Under the pieces are notes generated by a model. The model worked only from the letters and a program-made list of their open reading frames with translations. It did no database searches and was not told where the DNA came from. Source: Gammaproteobacteria bacterium (lineage in GTDB: Bacteria; Pseudomonadota; Gammaproteobacteria; UBA4575). From it: a stretch of 64,000 nt of DNA. The DNA is taken from NCBI GenBank assembly GCA_963422595.1, contig OY730298.1, positions 524,109 through 588,108 of the forward strand, in the 5' to 3' direction. Positions 61,287 through 64,000 of this stretch are shown here, one piece after another. Both the position numbers and the translations under genes were made by a program. Within the stretch, counting starts at the first letter, position 1; each line of letters starts with the position of its first letter.

Positions 61287-62534
61287 TTGGCCGGCAAAAA
61301 TTATGACTGGGAAGGCGGGGTTGTACTAGAGCCTCATACGAAGAAAAAGCATAAAATTCTAGCGGATTACTTCAGGCAGTATCTTTTAACACGATGTCAG
61401 ATACCACAGCTGAATAGATTCAGGCTGGTAGTGGTTGATGGTTTCGCCGGAGGTGGCTTATATCGCTGCGGGAGCTATGGCTCTCCGCTCCTTTTTGTTG
61501 ATATTCTCGAAAAGACCACGAAAGAAATTAATCTTATCAGGGCTTCAAAAGGGCTTGGTTCAGTTAGTATTGAGTGTTTGCTCCTGCTCAATGACAGTGA
61601 TAAGAATGTTCTTGAGTTACTCAAAAAAAACCTTTCTCCATTACTGGCTGGCATTAAGGCAAATTCAACTGATCTGGTTGTGCAAGCTGAGTTTTTCAAT
61701 GGCAAGTTTGAGGAAGTTTATGAAGATCTCAAAAACCGGCTGGATCAGGCAAGATGCCGTAATGTTCTGTTTAATTTAGATCAATACGGCTATTCGCAGG
61801 TCACATCGCCAATAATTAGAGACATAATGTTATCCTGGCGCTCAGCAGAGGTTATTTTAACCTTTGTTTTTTCCAGTATGTTGACTTACTTGTCCCCTAA
61901 TGAAAATTCTTCTGGAGTCCCGCTAGAGCCAGAAATGAAGTTACGAATTTATGAGCTTCTCAAGGATAATCAAGTCAATAAGACGGAGTGGCTTGCTGGC
62001 GCAGAGCAAGTTGCATTTCAGTACCTCAAAGAATGCGCTCCCTATGTCAGCCCTTTTTCTCTCAACAACCCCGATGGTTGGAAGTACTGGTTGATGCACT
62101 TTGCCAGTTCCTACCGTGCAAGACAGGTCTACAACAACGTATTACATCAGGACGGTGACACCCAGGCACATTTTGGCCGTTCGGGACTGAATATGCTCTC
62201 TTATGATCCCCGGAACGATGGGCAGCTTTATCTGTTTGATAATGACTCCCGAAATGCAGCCAAACAAGACCTCCATGATGATATTCCCAGGCTGATAGCC
62301 CACTCGAGGGATACGCTGAGTATGGAAGAGTTCTATCAGTCAGCATATAGCGAGACCCCAGCACACAGCGATGATATCCATGAAATGATCATGGAGAACC
62401 CTGATCTTGAAGTCGTGACTTCTTCTGGTGGAGAGCGCCGGAAAGCTCATACGATTAAGATTGACGATACCCTCAGACTTAAGTCGCAGAAAAGCATGTT
62501 CTTTATGTTTTCTGGCAATGATTCTGAAGATTAA
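61287..62534 (+). CDS. tcmP: Three-Cys-motif partner protein (TcmP family, methyltransferase-like fold)
   Basis: HT..KH.IL..Y, VDGFAGGG, GSP, FNLDQYGY; directly downstream of DUF5131. Confidence 0.85.
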   Translation: MAGKNYDWEGGVVLEPHTKKKHKILADYFRQYLLTRCQIPQLNRFRLVVVDGFAGGGLYRCGSYGSPLLFVDILEKTTKEINLIRASKGLGSVSIECLLLLNDSDKNVLELLKKNLSPLLAGIKANSTDLVVQAEFFNGKFEEVYEDLKNRLDQARCRNVLFNLDQYGYSQVTSPIIRDIMLSWRSAEVILTFVFSSMLTYLSPNENSSGVPLEPEMKLRIYELLKDNQVNKTEWLAGAEQVAFQYLKECAPYVSPFSLNNPDGWKYWLMHFASSYRARQVYNNVLHQDGDTQAHFGRSGLNMLSYDPRNDGQLYLFDNDSRNAAKQDLHDDIPRLIAHSRDTLSMEEFYQSAYSETPAHSDDIHEMIMENPDLEVVTSSGGERRKAHTIKIDDTLRLKSQKSMFFMFSGNDSED

Positions 62535-63236
62535 ACTATGCCCGGAAGCAGCCTTTATAACAGCAAAAAAAGGTACCAGGTAGAACAGGTAATTAAGTCC
62601 ATAACCGTAATCATTAAATATCCGCCGGCTCAATGAGGAACGCAGCCGCTTGCGGTGAGTAGTCATTGAACCCGGGTTTTTAATACCCTTTTGTTGATGG
62701 GCTAATACGCTGGCCCATCTGCCTCCCGGCGAGGGCGGGAAGGCCCAGCGACCAGGGCGGAGCACTCGATTGCTTACGTACCGATTAAAGATTAAATGCT
62801 CGATAGAGGATTTCATGTTTCACGCACGCTGATCCCGCTTGCGTGTGCTTCTGTGGATAACTTTCTATCTGCGCACAATCACCAAAAAACTGCGCAGCCG
62901 TTTCTCGCGATCCTTAAAAAAAAGACTCGCACACTTCTGCCGATTTCTGTCGCTTCGATTGCCACGCTATGCAGGGTTCGTAAAGTTTGCCTGTATGTCT
63001 TTGTCCGTTGACCCGATGCTGCCGATTTCTTTTTGGTTTTCTCGATTGAATGAGTGTATGGTGTTGTGTTTGTGTGGCGGCTGTATTGCGGGTGCGAATC
63101 TCGGTAATCATCTTTTCCACGTCGTCAGCGGGTGCAAGCAGGTTCAGGATCTATCCTTTTCGGCTGAATTTTGACGCAGGCGTATTGCCGCGGCTGACAA
63201 TAGTGCTCTCCGGTCGGTTAGCCAACTACGGCAGGT

Positions 63237-63995
63237 TTATTGTCTGCCGGGTGCTTCCAGACGTTCCCGACAGGCGTTTATCCAATGAAAAACTTCTTGA
63301 TTCATTGCTTCGACAGTTTTGCCCTGGCTGGGAATTGGCGCACCAATTACCATTTTGATAGTGCCGGACTTTTTGGTGAGTTGTTTGCGCGCCCAGTAGT
63401 TTCCAGAATTGTGTGCGATCGGCACTACCGGCACGCCTGATTTTACGGCCAGCATGGCACCACCGATTTTGAAGTTTCTTTTGGCGCCGGGGGGGGCGCG
63501 CGTGCCTTCGGGAAATATCAGTACCCAGTGCCCGCGCCTTAACCTGGCCTGGCCCTGTCGGATAAGTTGTTGTATGGCCTTGCTGCCGCTGCCGCGGCGT
63601 AAGGCAATAGGGTGGGTAAGGGCTAAACTCCAACCAAATAGCGGGATGAATAGCAGTTCTCTCTTGACTACCCACGTTAAGGCCGGAAACACCGTGCCCA
63701 GGGCGATTGTTTCCCAGGTGGATTGGTGGTTCGCCATTATGATACACGGGTAGTCAGGGATGTTTTCTTTGCCAATTATTATATGCCGTAAACCGCAGGT
63801 GACTCGTAACCACCATAGGTTGGCAGTGCCCCAGGTATTGATAAATTTATAGCGCGGCGCATAGGGGAGCAGGACGGTAAACGGGCACAGCAGGCCATAA
63901 ACCAGGGTGAGCATTACCATGCCGGTTACATATAGCAGCGAGCGCAGGGTTTGGGTTAAACATATATTGATTTTTTTGAAAGTCTGCGTATTCAT
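63237..63995 (-). CDS. plsC: 1-acyl-sn-glycerol-3-phosphate acyltransferase
   Basis: NHQSTWET, KREL..IP.FGW, IFPEGTR, VVPIAHN. Confidence 0.93.
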   Translation of the reverse strand: MNTQTFKKINICLTQTLRSLLYVTGMVMLTLVYGLLCPFTVLLPYAPRYKFINTWGTANLWWLRVTCGLRHIIIGKENIPDYPCIIMANHQSTWETIALGTVFPALTWVVKRELLFIPLFGWSLALTHPIALRRGSGSKAIQQLIRQGQARLRRGHWVLIFPEGTRAPPGAKRNFKIGGAMLAVKSGVPVVPIAHNSGNYWARKQLTKKSGTIKMVIGAPIPSQGKTVEAMNQEVFHWINACRERLEAPGRQ

Positions 63996-64000
63996 GTAAT

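Noticed and set aside
62816-62860. oriC or parS near plsC
   Set aside because: Only one perfect DnaA box and a parS half-site (TGTTTCAC); spot counts are G-rich on both sides

Overview
A 64-kb chromosomal window from a gammaproteobacterium. Most of it is housekeeping genes: aroKB-dgt, dnaG, ctpA-envC, a fused selD, gshA, ampD, groSL with a CIRCE operator, cutA-dsbD, aroQ-accBC, fis-purH-purD, rho-trxA, cca, uppP, folBK, rpmBG, thiO/thiSG-trmB, plsC, tRNA-Thr(CGT) and tRNA-Gly(CCC). Five things stand out. (1) A tightly packed nine-gene minus-strand operon (40.3-50.9 kb) that looks like an uncharacterised proton-driven envelope machine: a TolQ/ExbB-type channel, two membrane-anchored vWA proteins whose Asp-bearing TM helices resemble ExbD/TolR, an actin-fold+FHA protein, an FHA-TM-PEGA-FGE protein, a TM-TPR protein, two lipoproteins and a small secreted protein. 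(2) About 2.8 tandem copies of a non-coding 180-bp unit with DnaA-box-like 9-mers, located where spot counts suggest GC skew flips (candidate oriC or rearrangement junction). (3) Two accessory cassettes that may be defence or DNA-modification systems: an ABC-type ATPase plus PD-(D/E)xK protein, and DUF5131 plus TcmP behind a PIN-toxin fragment. (4) A candidate sRNA ending in a perfect 32-bp palindrome. (5) Signs of gene erosion, chiefly a decayed dusB upstream of fis. All calls come from reading motifs by eye; no searches were run.
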